A stretch of 30,481 nucleotides of DNA from Oligoflexia bacterium. GTDB taxonomy: Bacteria; Bdellovibrionota; Bdellovibrionia; JABDDW01. How positions within the stretch are numbered: the stretch's first letter is position 1; every line of letters begins with the position of its first letter. The position numbers were made by a program, and so were the translations under genes. Shown piece by piece: positions 1-9,529 of this stretch. The stretch spans positions 1-30,481 of the forward strand of contig JAYTHU010000131.1 in NCBI GenBank assembly GCA_043732305.1, in the 5' to 3' direction. Below the pieces are notes generated by a model. The model searched no databases, was not told where the DNA came from, and saw only the letters and a list, made by a program, of their open reading frames with translations.

Positions 1-539
1 ATTTCGCCTGGAGAAAGCAAACTATCCGGAAGTTCATCCAAAAACGGATGCCCAACAAAAGTGACGTCAACCCCATGACTTTTGTAGAAAGGTTCTTCAA
101 ACGGAAACACCACGAGCATTTTTTTAATTATTTTTTTAATCAAGTTCACTCGGCCCGTGCGCCATGCCCAAACCTGGGGACTGATGAAATAATAAACAGG
201 AATTTGAACTCCATTTAATTTTTTCGCCAAGCGAAGATTAAAATCGGGATAATCCAAAAGCAGAGCGAGCTTTGGTTTTCGAAGTTTAGCTTGAACGAGC
301 AAACTTTTAAAAGCGCCACTGATCACACTCCAGTGAGCCAGCACTTCCCATAGGCCAACCACAGCCATGTTGTCGGAACTTTCCATAAGCTCACAGCCAA
401 GGGCTTTCATCCGCGGACTACCAATACCAAAGAAAGAAACGGGCAACTTGCGCCGCTGACATTCTTCGATCACGCGCGCAGCATAAAGTTCACTCGAAGC
501 CTCGGCCGCTACAATTAAAATTTGCGGATGAGAATCCAC
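1..539 (-). CDS. lpxB: Lipid-A-disaccharide synthase (5' part; runs off window edge)
   Basis: Manual translation from GTG at 539: MDSHPQILIVAAEASSELYA...MAVVGLWEVL...LLLDYPDFNLRLAKKL...YYFISPQVWAWRTGRV...FPFEEPFY...FVGHP, which are LpxB motifs; lies downstream of lpxA in the lipid A operon. Confidence 0.95.
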   Translation of the reverse strand, partial: MDSHPQILIVAAEASSELYAARVIEECQRRKLPVSFFGIGSPRMKALGCELMESSDNMAVVGLWEVLAHWSVISGAFKSLLVQAKLRKPKLALLLDYPDFNLRLAKKLNGVQIPVYYFISPQVWAWRTGRVNLIKKIIKKMLVVFPFEEPFYKSHGVDVTFVGHPFLDELPDSLLSPGE

Positions 540-540
540 T

Positions 541-1503
541 TTAAATTCCGAGATCTTTATTTCGCTCATGAATCTTTTCTATAATTTTTTCAGCCAAAAT
601 AAGAGCGTTCAAACCGTCTTCACCGCTTACGATGGGACGTTTTTTAGTGAGAAAACATTCGATGAAGGATTTGGTTTCGGTCAAAAGGGCATCGCCTTTT
701 TCTAAACTCCAAGACTCATGATTCAGAGGTGGCGGAGCCGAAGGACTCCATTCGCCAGTCTTAGTAAGAAAGTCGACGGTGCCTTTCCCGAAATCGATCG
801 AGAGATATTTGTCAGTTTCGAAAACACGAAATTTACGTGTGGTTTGCAATGAAACTCGGCTAGCAGTGATATTGACGATGGTTCCCGACTCAAATTCAAG
901 TCGGGCATTGGCAATATCGACAAGCTTGGTCAATACAGGAACTCCGACAGCCGAAATCGATTTTATGGGGCTTTGTACGAGTGAAGAGATAACGTCCAAA
1001 TCATGAATCATCAAATCCAAAACCACATCGACATCTGCACCACGAGGTGTAAAAGGAGCCAGTCTATGCACTTCAATAAACAGTGGTTTTTTGAGAACGG
1101 CTGCCGCTGAAACCAAAGCCGGATTAAAACGTTCAACATGCCCAACTTGCAGAGTCAGCTTATTTTTTTCTGCAATAGTGCAAAGTTCACGCGCTTGCGC
1201 GGAATTCACAGTGATTGGTTTTTCGACAAAAAGTGAAATCCCGTTTTCTAAAAGAAATTTTGCGATCTCATAATGACTTTGCGTTGAAGCGGCGACGGTG
1301 GCGATATCCACTCGTCCTGGCAAGCTTTTGTAGTCAGAGATAAATTCGACGCCAAGCTCCTTGGCTACTTCTTGTCCCCGTTCGGGGCGTGCATCACAAA
1401 CGCCGACAAGCTCAACGCCTTCGATCATTTTATATTTTTGAGCGTGAAATCTTCCTAAGTATCCAACCCCAATAACGGCTGCACGGATCAATGATTTGCT
1501 CAC
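541..1503 (-). CDS. gnnA: Gfo/Idh/MocA oxidoreductase, likely UDP-GlcNAc 3-dehydrogenase (GnnA-like)
   Basis: GVGYLG Rossmann motif, EKP, GHVERFNPA, DVVLDLMIHDLD; located between lpxA and lpxB with a GTGA overlap with the lpxA stop. Confidence 0.8.
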   Translation of the reverse strand: MSKSLIRAAVIGVGYLGRFHAQKYKMIEGVELVGVCDARPERGQEVAKELGVEFISDYKSLPGRVDIATVAASTQSHYEIAKFLLENGISLFVEKPITVNSAQARELCTIAEKNKLTLQVGHVERFNPALVSAAAVLKKPLFIEVHRLAPFTPRGADVDVVLDLMIHDLDVISSLVQSPIKSISAVGVPVLTKLVDIANARLEFESGTIVNITASRVSLQTTRKFRVFETDKYLSIDFGKGTVDFLTKTGEWSPSAPPPLNHESWSLEKGDALLTETKSFIECFLTKKRPIVSGEDGLNALILAEKIIEKIHERNKDLGI

Positions 1504-2279
1504 AAAGCCACTCCCCGCTCACTATTTTTTATAAAATCAACCATGTACTGAACTTCTTCGCCCACCGTGCATTCGGTTTGAATACGCGTGATAGCTTCTT
1601 CGATAGTCCCGGAACGCTGAGTGAGAAATCTCACGGCGCGATTGATATTTTTTATGGCGTCTTCAGAAATTCCGCCGCGCTCTAAACCAATTTTATTGGT
1701 CGCGCGACTTATGGCATAACTTCCCTGAGCGATGGTGAATGGCAAAATATCTTTATTGATAACTGAGCCACCGCCAATAAAGCTGAATTTTCCAAATCTT
1801 ACAAACTGGTTGACCGCACAGACGCCACCAATTGTCACTTTGTCTTCGATGGTCACGTGACCTGCAAGTTGCGCATTGTTGGCGAGGACGTTGTTGTTGC
1901 CCATTTTTCCATCATGGCCCATGTGCACGTAGGCCATGATCAAATTATTATTTCCTATGAATGTTTCTCCACCACCAGAAACTGTTCCAATACTGAGGGT
2001 GCAAGATTCACGGATAGTGTTGCCGTTCCCAATAACCAAGCGAGTTTTTTCAGCTTTGTATTTTAAATCTTGGGGAGGTCCACCGATAACGCTAAATCCA
2101 TAAAACTTATTATTTTCTCCGACGATCAATTCGCCATGTTTGCTGCCCATAACCACATGGCTGTCTAGATAACAACCATCGCCAATTTCGACATTGTCAT
2201 GAACGATGCAAAAAGGACCAATCTCTACGTTCTTGCCGATCTTAGCTTTTTTAGAAATCTGACTGGATTCGTGAATCAT
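1500..2279 (-). CDS. lpxA: Acyl-ACP--UDP-N-acetylglucosamine acyltransferase
   Basis: Hexapeptide repeats, GGPPQDLKY, MAYVHMGHD, LAGHVTIED; between fabZ and lpxB. Confidence 0.96.
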   Translation of the reverse strand: MIHESSQISKKAKIGKNVEIGPFCIVHDNVEIGDGCYLDSHVVMGSKHGELIVGENNKFYGFSVIGGPPQDLKYKAEKTRLVIGNGNTIRESCTLSIGTVSGGGETFIGNNNLIMAYVHMGHDGKMGNNNVLANNAQLAGHVTIEDKVTIGGVCAVNQFVRFGKFSFIGGGSVINKDILPFTIAQGSYAISRATNKIGLERGGISEDAIKNINRAVRFLTQRSGTIEEAITRIQTECTVGEEVQYMVDFIKNSERGVAL

Positions 2280-2776
2280 AATTTCCCCGCCTGAACCGCT
2301 TGATTTGCATAAACGGAAGGATATGTTTTAGCCATCATGTCTGCTTCCGCGACAACGACTCCGTCAACAGTCGCTTCAGCATGGAACAAGTAAATTGATC
2401 CACGATCTTTCATAACTTCAACATTGATAATCAGCTGATCTCCAGGAACAACTGGTTTTCGAAAGCGAGCATTGTCAATTGAGGCAATCACCACTTCCAT
2501 TTTTGTTTCTGGTGTGAGAGGACGATGCCCCAAAACGCCGGCGGCTTGAGCCATCGCTTCAATGATAAGAACACCAGGCATGATTGGCCAGTGCGGAAAG
2601 TGCCCGTTGAAAAAAGGCTCGTTGACTGTGACGTTTTTTAAAGCCTTGATTTTTCTGCCGACCCAAGAAGGACCTTCAGGAATCGGATCCATGGAGATGA
2701 TTCTATCTACCAACAAGAATGGGTAACGGTGAGGAAGTATTTGTCTAATTTCATGAACATCCATAACAGATTCCAT
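2276..2776 (-). CDS. fabZ: 3-hydroxyacyl-ACP dehydratase
   Basis: [43 protein letters not shown]. Confidence 0.97.
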   Translation of the reverse strand: MESVMDVHEIRQILPHRYPFLLVDRIISMDPIPEGPSWVGRKIKALKNVTVNEPFFNGHFPHWPIMPGVLIIEAMAQAAGVLGHRPLTPETKMEVVIASIDNARFRKPVVPGDQLIINVEVMKDRGSIYLFHAEATVDGVVVAEADMMAKTYPSVYANQAVQAGKL

Positions 2777-2785
2777 TTTCGATCC

Positions 2786-3832
2786 TTATTTTTCAGTTTT
2801 GCTTTCAAACTCTTTTTCTAATTTAGACACACGCTTAAAGATCTCAGGAAGACGTAAACTCAACGCCTGGATTTTTAAATTATCCATTAAGGTGGTTAGC
2901 GGATAACCCTTCATATTGGTATTGGGAGGAATATTTTTTGTGATTCCCGAAAGCCCACCAACAGATACATTGTCACCAATAGTGAGATGGCCTTTTGAAA
3001 CAACTCTCCCACTTAGCAAAACATTCTTACCAATTTTTGTGTTGCCCGCAATTCCTCACTGCGCACAGATGAGAGTTTGATCTCCCACCACGCAGTTGTG
3101 GGCAATAGTCACTAGGTTATCAAGCTTCACGCCGTCACCAATGACCGTGTCACCGAAGGCGCCACGATCGACAGTCGTGTTTGCGCCCATTTCCACATCA
3201 TTTTTGGTGATAACAATACCTACTTGGGGAATTTTAAAATTCTTCCCGTCTTTTTTGACGAAGCCAAACCCGTCAGCACCAATCACAACACCACTGTGAA
3301 GAATATTTCGTTTCCCAATCACGCACCGCTCGTAAATCTTAACGCCCGAGTAAAGATGAGATCCCTCACCGATCTGAGCGTTCTCGCCAATGTGCGTTCC
3401 ACTTTCTAAAATTACGTGAGCTGCAATCACCGCACCCGCACCAACATTGACGAAAGCGTCTACTTGAGAAGTGGCATGAACATTTGCTTTTGGATGAACA
3501 TAGGCTTGGGGATGTACCCCGCCTTGCGCCACGGGTTCTGGGAAAAAACTACCAGCAAGTCTTGCGAAAAAAACATAAGGCTCAGATGTCAGCGCAAAAA
3601 TTTTCTTTTCGCGAACTTTAGGGTCTATTAGATTGAAGAATTCTTCGCTCATCACCCAGAATTTTGCGGGGGAAAGTTCAACGGCAGGTAAATAGACAGG
3701 ATTTAAAACAAAGCATGCCGTGCTCTCAATGGCCGAACGGGGGTCTGCAACCCCCGTTATTTTAAAACTGCCTTCACCAACAAGTCTTGCTTCAAATTTC
3801 TCGCAAGCCTCGTCTGATCTAATCGAAATCAA
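2786..3832 (-). CDS. lpxD: UDP-3-O-acyl-glucosamine N-acyltransferase, interrupted by one in-frame TGA at 3056-3058
   Basis: ORFs 3056..3832 and 2786..3019 share a frame; reading through gives ...[28 protein letters not shown]..., a 348-residue LpxD with [27 protein letters not shown] and a C-terminal helix. TTG start preceded by GAAGGT. Confidence 0.92.
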
Positions 3833-3858
3833 TTTTTTACCTTCGTTTCAAACAACTC

Positions 3859-4380
3859 TTATTTAGACTTTTTCGAATCGTTGACTGAAGCGATGATTTT
3901 GTCTGTGAGATTCAAAGCATGAGGTGCCCATGAAACGCCATTTTCAGATTTTTCAAAGATCATGGTGTAGCTTTCTTTTTCGCCGATTCCAGCCACGATG
4001 CCTTTGATTTTTTCAATGATAGGCTCAGTCAGTTTAACTTCTTGAGCCTTGATATCTTGCTGACTCTTCATCATAGTTTCTTGGAATTTGCTGTATTCTT
4101 CTTGGAATTCCATGGCTTTCTTTTGCTTCACTTCATCGCTCATGACCATGCTTTTTTTATCTAAGTCTTCTTTCATCTTCTTGAGATTGGCTTCTTTACT
4201 TTGAAGTTCAACTTTCTTTTTATTGAAAGCAGTTTCTAATTCTTTCTTTGCGGTCTTACCGGCTTCAGTGGCTTGCAAAGCTTTTTGCATGTCATAGTAA
4301 GCGATTTTGATTTCAGCTTTAGCTGAAACAGCAACTGTTGTGATGAGAACCGAAAGCCCGTAGACGAATAACTTTTTCAT
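3859..4380 (-). CDS. skp: Periplasmic chaperone Skp/OmpH
   Basis: Signal peptide ending AKA, KIAYYDMQKAL, long coiled coil, NLTDKII; between bamA and lpxD. Confidence 0.92.
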   Translation of the reverse strand: MKKLFVYGLSVLITTVAVSAKAEIKIAYYDMQKALQATEAGKTAKKELETAFNKKKVELQSKEANLKKMKEDLDKKSMVMSDEVKQKKAMEFQEEYSKFQETMMKSQQDIKAQEVKLTEPIIEKIKGIVAGIGEKESYTMIFEKSENGVSWAPHALNLTDKIIASVNDSKKSK

Positions 4381-4391
4381 TTTTTTCTCCT

Positions 4392-6863
4392 TTAAAATGG
4401 TGCACCAATACTAAATTCAAAATTAGAATACAAATCATTAGGTTGACGAGCAAGTGGAAATCCCCACTCAAAGCGCAATGGACCGATGGGCGAAATCCAC
4501 CTAATTCCAAAGCCGAGATCTTGTCTAAGTAGACCTAAATTGATCGAACTATCTGCCATCCCGACATCGTAGAAAAGAACACCTTTAATTTGAGCCTCAG
4601 CAACCAAGGGAATCTCGATTTCCATCTGGTTAAACAATTCTTGAGTTCCGCCAAAAGGAATTAAAGTTGGCGAATTTAGAGGTAAACTCACTCCTAAACC
4701 GTCAGTTTGACAGCAATACGCCAACTTCTGTAGCCCCACCATACCGTAGGAAAATCCGCGCATACTCTGCGCTCCGCCTAGCAGAAAAAGTTGATTGAAC
4801 GGCACGCCGCCGCCACTGGGGGGCAAAACGTTTCCATAGGTCAGATTGTTTCTAAACACGAGTTTCCAAAAAATTTCTTTATAATAACGAAAATTGGCCA
4901 ATGCTTTTGTAAATCTTAAATCTCCGCCGAGACCGGCTTGCTCAACAGCAAGGCTGGAATAAAAACCATTGGTAGGAATCCAACGGTCATTTCGCTTGTC
5001 GTAAACAATAGACCCGGTGACGGAACTAATGTACCCACTCGCGCTCCAGGTTGGGAAAATTGTCGGATCTGCATTGCCTGTCAGGAAAACTTCACTGTTA
5101 GAAAATTTATAGGTCAAGTATGCGTTCAGGTAACGGTCTTCAGTGAGGGGATGACCCATGCGCAAATCGAGTCCACGTTCTTGCGTCATATAGTAAGTGG
5201 TGATGAGACCACCGCGAGTGTAGAATAAATCTCCACCAGCAGACCAAAGCGTGTCATTGAAGTAAGGTTCGGTTAAACCGAGACGGAAATCCGTCAAGTT
5301 TTGACTGACCTGAATGTTCAAAGATAAATACTGACCTTTACCAAATAAATTTGTTTGCGAGACACTGGCATTAAAAAGTGCGCCAAAGGCGGTGCTATAG
5401 CCGGCTCCCACTTGCAGCGTGCCCGTACTTCGTTCTTTCACCTGAATTTCAACGTTCATGATGTTGGGATTATCTGGAGGTGTGGATGTATTAAAAATAA
5501 CATCGCTGAAAAATCCTAAACGCTTGATGCCTTCTTCGGATTTTTTGCGGCGTGTTTCATTGTAAAGCTCGCCCTCTTTAATCATCAGTTCGCGGCGAAC
5601 TACCTTGTCTCTAGTTTTTGTATTGCCCGTGACGGTGAATTGACCAAAATAAACTTTTTGGCCTTTTTCGATTTCAAATGTGATGTCTACGGTTTTATCT
5701 TTTTCATGAATGTTTGTTTTAGGAATAGGATTGGCAAAGGCGTAACCCAAATCTCCGTATTTAAATTGGAGAGCTTGAATATCTTTTTTTAACGTTTCAG
5801 AAGAGAATATGTCTGTCTTTTGGATGTCTGTCGCTTCATAGAGTTCGTCTTTGGTGAAAAGAAGATCTCCACCAAAATCCACTTTGCCAACACGAAACTG
5901 ATCACCCTCTTCAATGCGAATGGTGATGTAAATGCTCTTTTTATCGGGAGTGACGTAGACCTGAGGTCTATCAATTTTAACTTGAATGTAGCCTTCGTTG
6001 AAATAAACGTAGTTGAGAACACTTACGTCACGGTCAAAAAGATCCTGCTTATAACTTCCGCTGGAAGAAATAAAACTAAAGAATCCCCCCTCTTGAGTTT
6101 GCATGAACGCTTTGAGCTTGGAATCGGGAAGATTTTTGTTTCCTAAAAAAGTAACTTTTTTAACTTTTACTTTATCATTTTCTTTAATATTAAAAGTAAC
6201 TCGCGCTTCGGCTCCACCTTTTAACTCTTCAACTTTATACTGAACGCGCGCTAGGAAAAACCCTTTGTCTTCATAAACTTTTTGCATCTTGTCGACGGCT
6301 TCGCGAAGTTTATTATGATCAAGAATAGTGTATTGTTTTATCCCGCTCGCCTCTTGCAAATCATCGTGATCCACGCGGTCGTTGCCTTTGTAGACAACTT
6401 CAACGACAGACGGCTTTTCGGTAACTTTAAATGTGATTTCGACTTGGCCAGCAACTACGTTTCTATCGACTTCAACGTTATAAAAATAACCCATGTCAAA
6501 AATGGACTGGACATCGGTGCGAATATTTTCTGCATCGAGGGTCTCGCCGATTTTTGTTTTTAGTTTGGCTTTGATCGCATCTTGTTCAATTTTTTTCTGA
6601 CCCAAGATAATAATTTTCGAAACTATAGCTTTAGAAAGCGGCGCGATTGTTTCGTTTGATTTCTTTGTAATATTCTTTTTTGCTGCTGCGGTTTTTGACG
6701 TCGATTTCGCAGTGGGCTTGGGAATTGATTTTCCAGACGTCCTAGTTGGCGCTTTAGTTGCGGGGCTCACTGCAGGAGTTTGCCCATAGGCAGTCAACGA
6801 CGCCGCGGAAACTCCGAGCACGGAAATAAAAGTCGAAAAAGCCAACAGTTTGAATAGCTTCAA
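4392..6863 (-). CDS. bamA: Outer membrane protein assembly factor BamA
   Basis: Signal peptide, POTRA repeats (GNTKTRDKVVRRE), MRGF loop-6 motif, GIRWISPIGPLRFEWG, terminal FSIGAPF. Confidence 0.97.
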   Translation of the reverse strand: MKLFKLLAFSTFISVLGVSAASLTAYGQTPAVSPATKAPTRTSGKSIPKPTAKSTSKTAAAKKNITKKSNETIAPLSKAIVSKIIILGQKKIEQDAIKAKLKTKIGETLDAENIRTDVQSIFDMGYFYNVEVDRNVVAGQVEITFKVTEKPSVVEVVYKGNDRVDHDDLQEASGIKQYTILDHNKLREAVDKMQKVYEDKGFFLARVQYKVEELKGGAEARVTFNIKENDKVKVKKVTFLGNKNLPDSKLKAFMQTQEGGFFSFISSSGSYKQDLFDRDVSVLNYVYFNEGYIQVKIDRPQVYVTPDKKSIYITIRIEEGDQFRVGKVDFGGDLLFTKDELYEATDIQKTDIFSSETLKKDIQALQFKYGDLGYAFANPIPKTNIHEKDKTVDITFEIEKGQKVYFGQFTVTGNTKTRDKVVRRELMIKEGELYNETRRKKSEEGIKRLGFFSDVIFNTSTPPDNPNIMNVEIQVKERSTGTLQVGAGYSTAFGALFNASVSQTNLFGKGQYLSLNIQVSQNLTDFRLGLTEPYFNDTLWSAGGDLFYTRGGLITTYYMTQERGLDLRMGHPLTEDRYLNAYLTYKFSNSEVFLTGNADPTIFPTWSASGYISSVTGSIVYDKRNDRWIPTNGFYSSLAVEQAGLGGDLRFTKALANFRYYKEIFWKLVFRNNLTYGNVLPPSGGGVPFNQLFLLGGAQSMRGFSYGMVGLQKLAYCCQTDGLGVSLPLNSPTLIPFGGTQELFNQMEIEIPLVAEAQIKGVLFYDVGMADSSINLGLLRQDLGFGIRWISPIGPLRFEWGFPLARQPNDLYSNFEFSIGAPF

Positions 6864-6909
6864 AAAGTAAAAACCCCAATAATTTCAATGGTTTGCCGAA
6901 AACCTGATC

Positions 6910-6938
6910 ATGCTAACAATGATTCCAGGGTTTGTCAA
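6910..6938 (-). promoter_or_regulatory. Sigma70-type promoter for the bamA-lpx operon
   Basis: Minus strand TTGACA (6938-6933), 17-nt spacer, TGt-TAGCAT (extended -10; 6915-6910), about 46 nt upstream of the bamA start. Confidence 0.65.
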
Positions 6939-7294
6939 AGAAACTTCCTGCTAATTGAAGAACTTTGGAAGCGGGAAGCAACGCAGCGTGACGCAAGCAG
7001 AGTTACAGATTTTAAGAAAATTCGCACCTGTACTCGCGCGACCCTTGCATGAGGATTAGCAATTATCAAATTTTTGGAAATCAAAGAAAGGGTTTTGTAA
7101 TTTGAAGAAGAGCACCTCACGGAGAATGCATTCTTGCATTTCTAGTTCAACTGCTGAAAGTTGACATGAAGTCAGTTGTTTTCATTTTTTCGTTTATTGT
7201 CTCGTTTCGAATTATAACTATTGTAGGAAAATGTAAAATACAGCTAGGCAAAACAAAATTTTAAAGTGTTGCTCGAGCCAAAATCAGATCATTT

Positions 7295-7582
7295 TTGTGG
7301 CGCGCTATGGCGCTTAAGGCAGCCGCGTCTCTCCCGGGACAGACGGCGCACAAATACAATATCCCGTTTTTAAGATCCCCGCTAAAAGCTGATCTCAAAC
7401 ATAAAGTTGCCAATAGGGATGAATATCAATGTTCACACGAGGATCATAACGGTGACAAATGCGGAAACACCCGATGTACTGAAATGCACCACAAAATTCC
7501 CGTCTCGCACGGCGGAAATAATGAATTCGAAAATCTCACTACACTTTGTTTAGGACATCATAGAATGCAACATGCTCATTGA
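7295..7582 (+). CDS. Small HNH endonuclease-domain protein, probably a 5'-truncated remnant
   Basis: RDEYQC...KC...EMHHKIPVSHGGNNEFENLTTLCLGHHRMQH matches the HNH (McrA-like) motif; in-frame TAA at 7262 limits it to about 95 aa; no clear RBS. Confidence 0.75.
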   Translation: MWRAMALKAAASLPGQTAHKYNIPFLRSPLKADLKHKVANRDEYQCSHEDHNGDKCGNTRCTEMHHKIPVSHGGNNEFENLTTLCLGHHRMQHAH

Positions 7583-7596
7583 AAGCGCGGAAAAGT

Positions 7597-8310
7597 TTAG
7601 CGCCAGAATCCATCTTGAAGCACGCGGGTTTTGGGAAACCACCGCGCAAAATCATGATCATGAGTGACAGCAACAAGAGCCATCCCGCGTTTGCGTTGAA
7701 CTTCAAATAAAAGCTTTTGCAATTGATCGCCGGACTTGCGGTCAAGATTACCGGTCGGCTCGTCGGCAAAAATAATCTGGGGATCGCGCATCAGAGCACG
7801 GGCCACGGCCACTCGCTGCTGCTCTCCACCACTCAACATTTGCGGACGATGATCAACACGATCCTTTAGACCAAGCTCAGTCAACAGGGAGGTAGCCTTG
7901 ATGCGCGCTTCTTTAAAACCGAGACCCGCCACTAAGTGTGGCATCATCACATTTTCAACTGCCGAAAAATCATTCAGTAGATGATGAAACTGGAAAATAA
8001 AACCCATCGATCGAGAGCGAAATTGCGCCAGCTCATCATCGTTCATCGTGGAAAGGTTTCTCTCATTGAAATAAACTTTTCCGCTGGTTGCTTTATCGAG
8101 AGAACTTAAAATATGAAGCAGAGTTGATTTGCCAGTTCCGCTCGCACCCATGATACAAAGTGCTTCACCGCGCTGGATTTCCAGATCCACACCCTTTAAA
8201 ACTTCAACCGGGCGGAATTCGTTTCTTTCTTTCACATGATAAGTTTTCTTAATCATTTGAGCAGAGATCAAAACTCGATTATTCAAATTGCTGTTCATAT
8301 TGCTACTCAT
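7597..8310 (-). CDS. lolD: Lipoprotein-releasing ABC transporter ATP-binding protein
   Basis: [43 protein letters not shown]; coupled to the Lol permease upstream of bamA. Confidence 0.9.
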   Translation of the reverse strand: MSSNMNSNLNNRVLISAQMIKKTYHVKERNEFRPVEVLKGVDLEIQRGEALCIMGASGTGKSTLLHILSSLDKATSGKVYFNERNLSTMNDDELAQFRSRSMGFIFQFHHLLNDFSAVENVMMPHLVAGLGFKEARIKATSLLTELGLKDRVDHRPQMLSGGEQQRVAVARALMRDPQIIFADEPTGNLDRKSGDQLQKLLFEVQRKRGMALVAVTHDHDFARWFPKTRVLQDGFWR

Positions 8311-9529
8311 ATCTTAGGCCATCCACAGGTAAAAGTTTTGCCGCTCGACGCGCAGGTCCCCAAGTTGAGATCAGACATAAAAATAAGCTAGCGACAATAA
8401 TCATCCCCATTTCCTTGAATCTTATCTCTACCGGAAGGCGGCTCAAGTGATAAATCTCAGGTGGTAGAAATATAATATTTGTCTTGGTGATTATAAAGCA
8501 AATCGTCAGGCCTAAAATAACACCTAAAACATTTCCCATAACTCCCAAGAGCAAACCTTGAAGAGAAAAAAATCGCAAAATGCTACTGTTTTTAGCGCCG
8601 AGTGCTTTTAACAAAGCGATGTCATGAGTTCTTCGTAAAACTGAAATCAACAGGGTGCTTGAAACATTGAAACAAGCCGCCACCGTCATAAACAAAAGAA
8701 CAAGAAAGATCACAATCTTTTCCAACTTGATGGCTTCAAATAAATTATTATGCGCCTCCATCCAATCACGAATCAAATATCCAAAACCCATCTCTGCAGA
8801 AAGGGCAAGACTCACCTGAGGGGCCAGATGCGAATCAGAAAGTTTCAACCGTAAACCAGTATAAAAGGGTCCCTTGTCGGCTAGTTTTTGCGCAGCTCTG
8901 GCGGAAGTAATAATAAATCTTGAATCAAACTCGTACATTCCGAGATCGACCACTCCAACCACTAGGAATTTTTTCAGTTGCGGAACAAACCCGGTCACTT
9001 TTGCAGTCGGACTATTTTTAGGAAGCACAATATTTATTATGTCTCCCACATTTATTCCCATTTTTTCTTTCAAGCCTTTACCAATAAGAACGGGAGGATT
9101 TTCTTCATTTCCAGTGCCTAGGTCAAAGGTTCCCTCTTTGATTCGCCCACTTAGATTTAAAGTTTTCTGACTACTCCCCGGATCAAGTCCTTGAATCACA
9201 ATCCCGCCGACTTTCCCCTTGTGCGCGAGCATTCCCTCGACGTGCACAAATGGTGTGGCAGAAACTATTTGTGGTGCGACTTTTTTTAGTCTTGGCATCA
9301 GAATATCTAAATTATCGAGTGGTTCTCCGCGACGAATAAGCAAAATGTCACCAGTGACATCGGTGACGGCGTTTTCTAAAGTCGATTCAAAACCACTGAC
9401 CACACCCATAACTATAATGAGTGTGGCCACACCAAGAGCCATACCTGTGACCGCGAGCCATGAAACAGGATTCAAAAACTGTGATTTACCTTCTTTTAGT
9501 AATCTTAGGGTGAGCCAAAGCTCAAACAC
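8303..9529 (-). CDS. lolE: Lipoprotein-releasing ABC transporter permease (single LolC/E, LolF-type)
   Basis: GMALGVATLIIVMGVVSGF, periplasmic domain, [42 protein letters not shown]. Confidence 0.88.
   Translation of the reverse strand: MFELWLTLRLLKEGKSQFLNPVSWLAVTGMALGVATLIIVMGVVSGFESTLENAVTDVTGDILLIRRGEPLDNLDILMPRLKKVAPQIVSATPFVHVEGMLAHKGKVGGIVIQGLDPGSSQKTLNLSGRIKEGTFDLGTGNEENPPVLIGKGLKEKMGINVGDIINIVLPKNSPTAKVTGFVPQLKKFLVVGVVDLGMYEFDSRFIITSARAAQKLADKGPFYTGLRLKLSDSHLAPQVSLALSAEMGFGYLIRDWMEAHNNLFEAIKLEKIVIFLVLLFMTVAACFNVSSTLLISVLRRTHDIALLKALGAKNSSILRFFSLQGLLLGVMGNVLGVILGLTICFIITKTNIIFLPPEIYHLSRLPVEIRFKEMGMIIVASLFLCLISTWGPARRAAKLLPVDGLRYE

Noticed and set aside
3010..3058. SECIS element and selenocysteine at the lpxD TGA
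   Set aside because: Only a weak GCAACAC/GUUUUGC pairing with a large loop follows the UGA; the position is not a redox or catalytic Cys site, and no sel genes are in view.
6978..6990. GCAACGCAGCGTG resembling a 16S rRNA motif
   Set aside because: A 13-nt near-match only, with no flanking rRNA sequence.
6935..7185. Small minus-strand ORFs in the bamA-HNH gap (61 aa; MQECILREVLFF..., 27 aa)
   Set aside because: No RBS or recognisable similarity; cannot be distinguished from chance.
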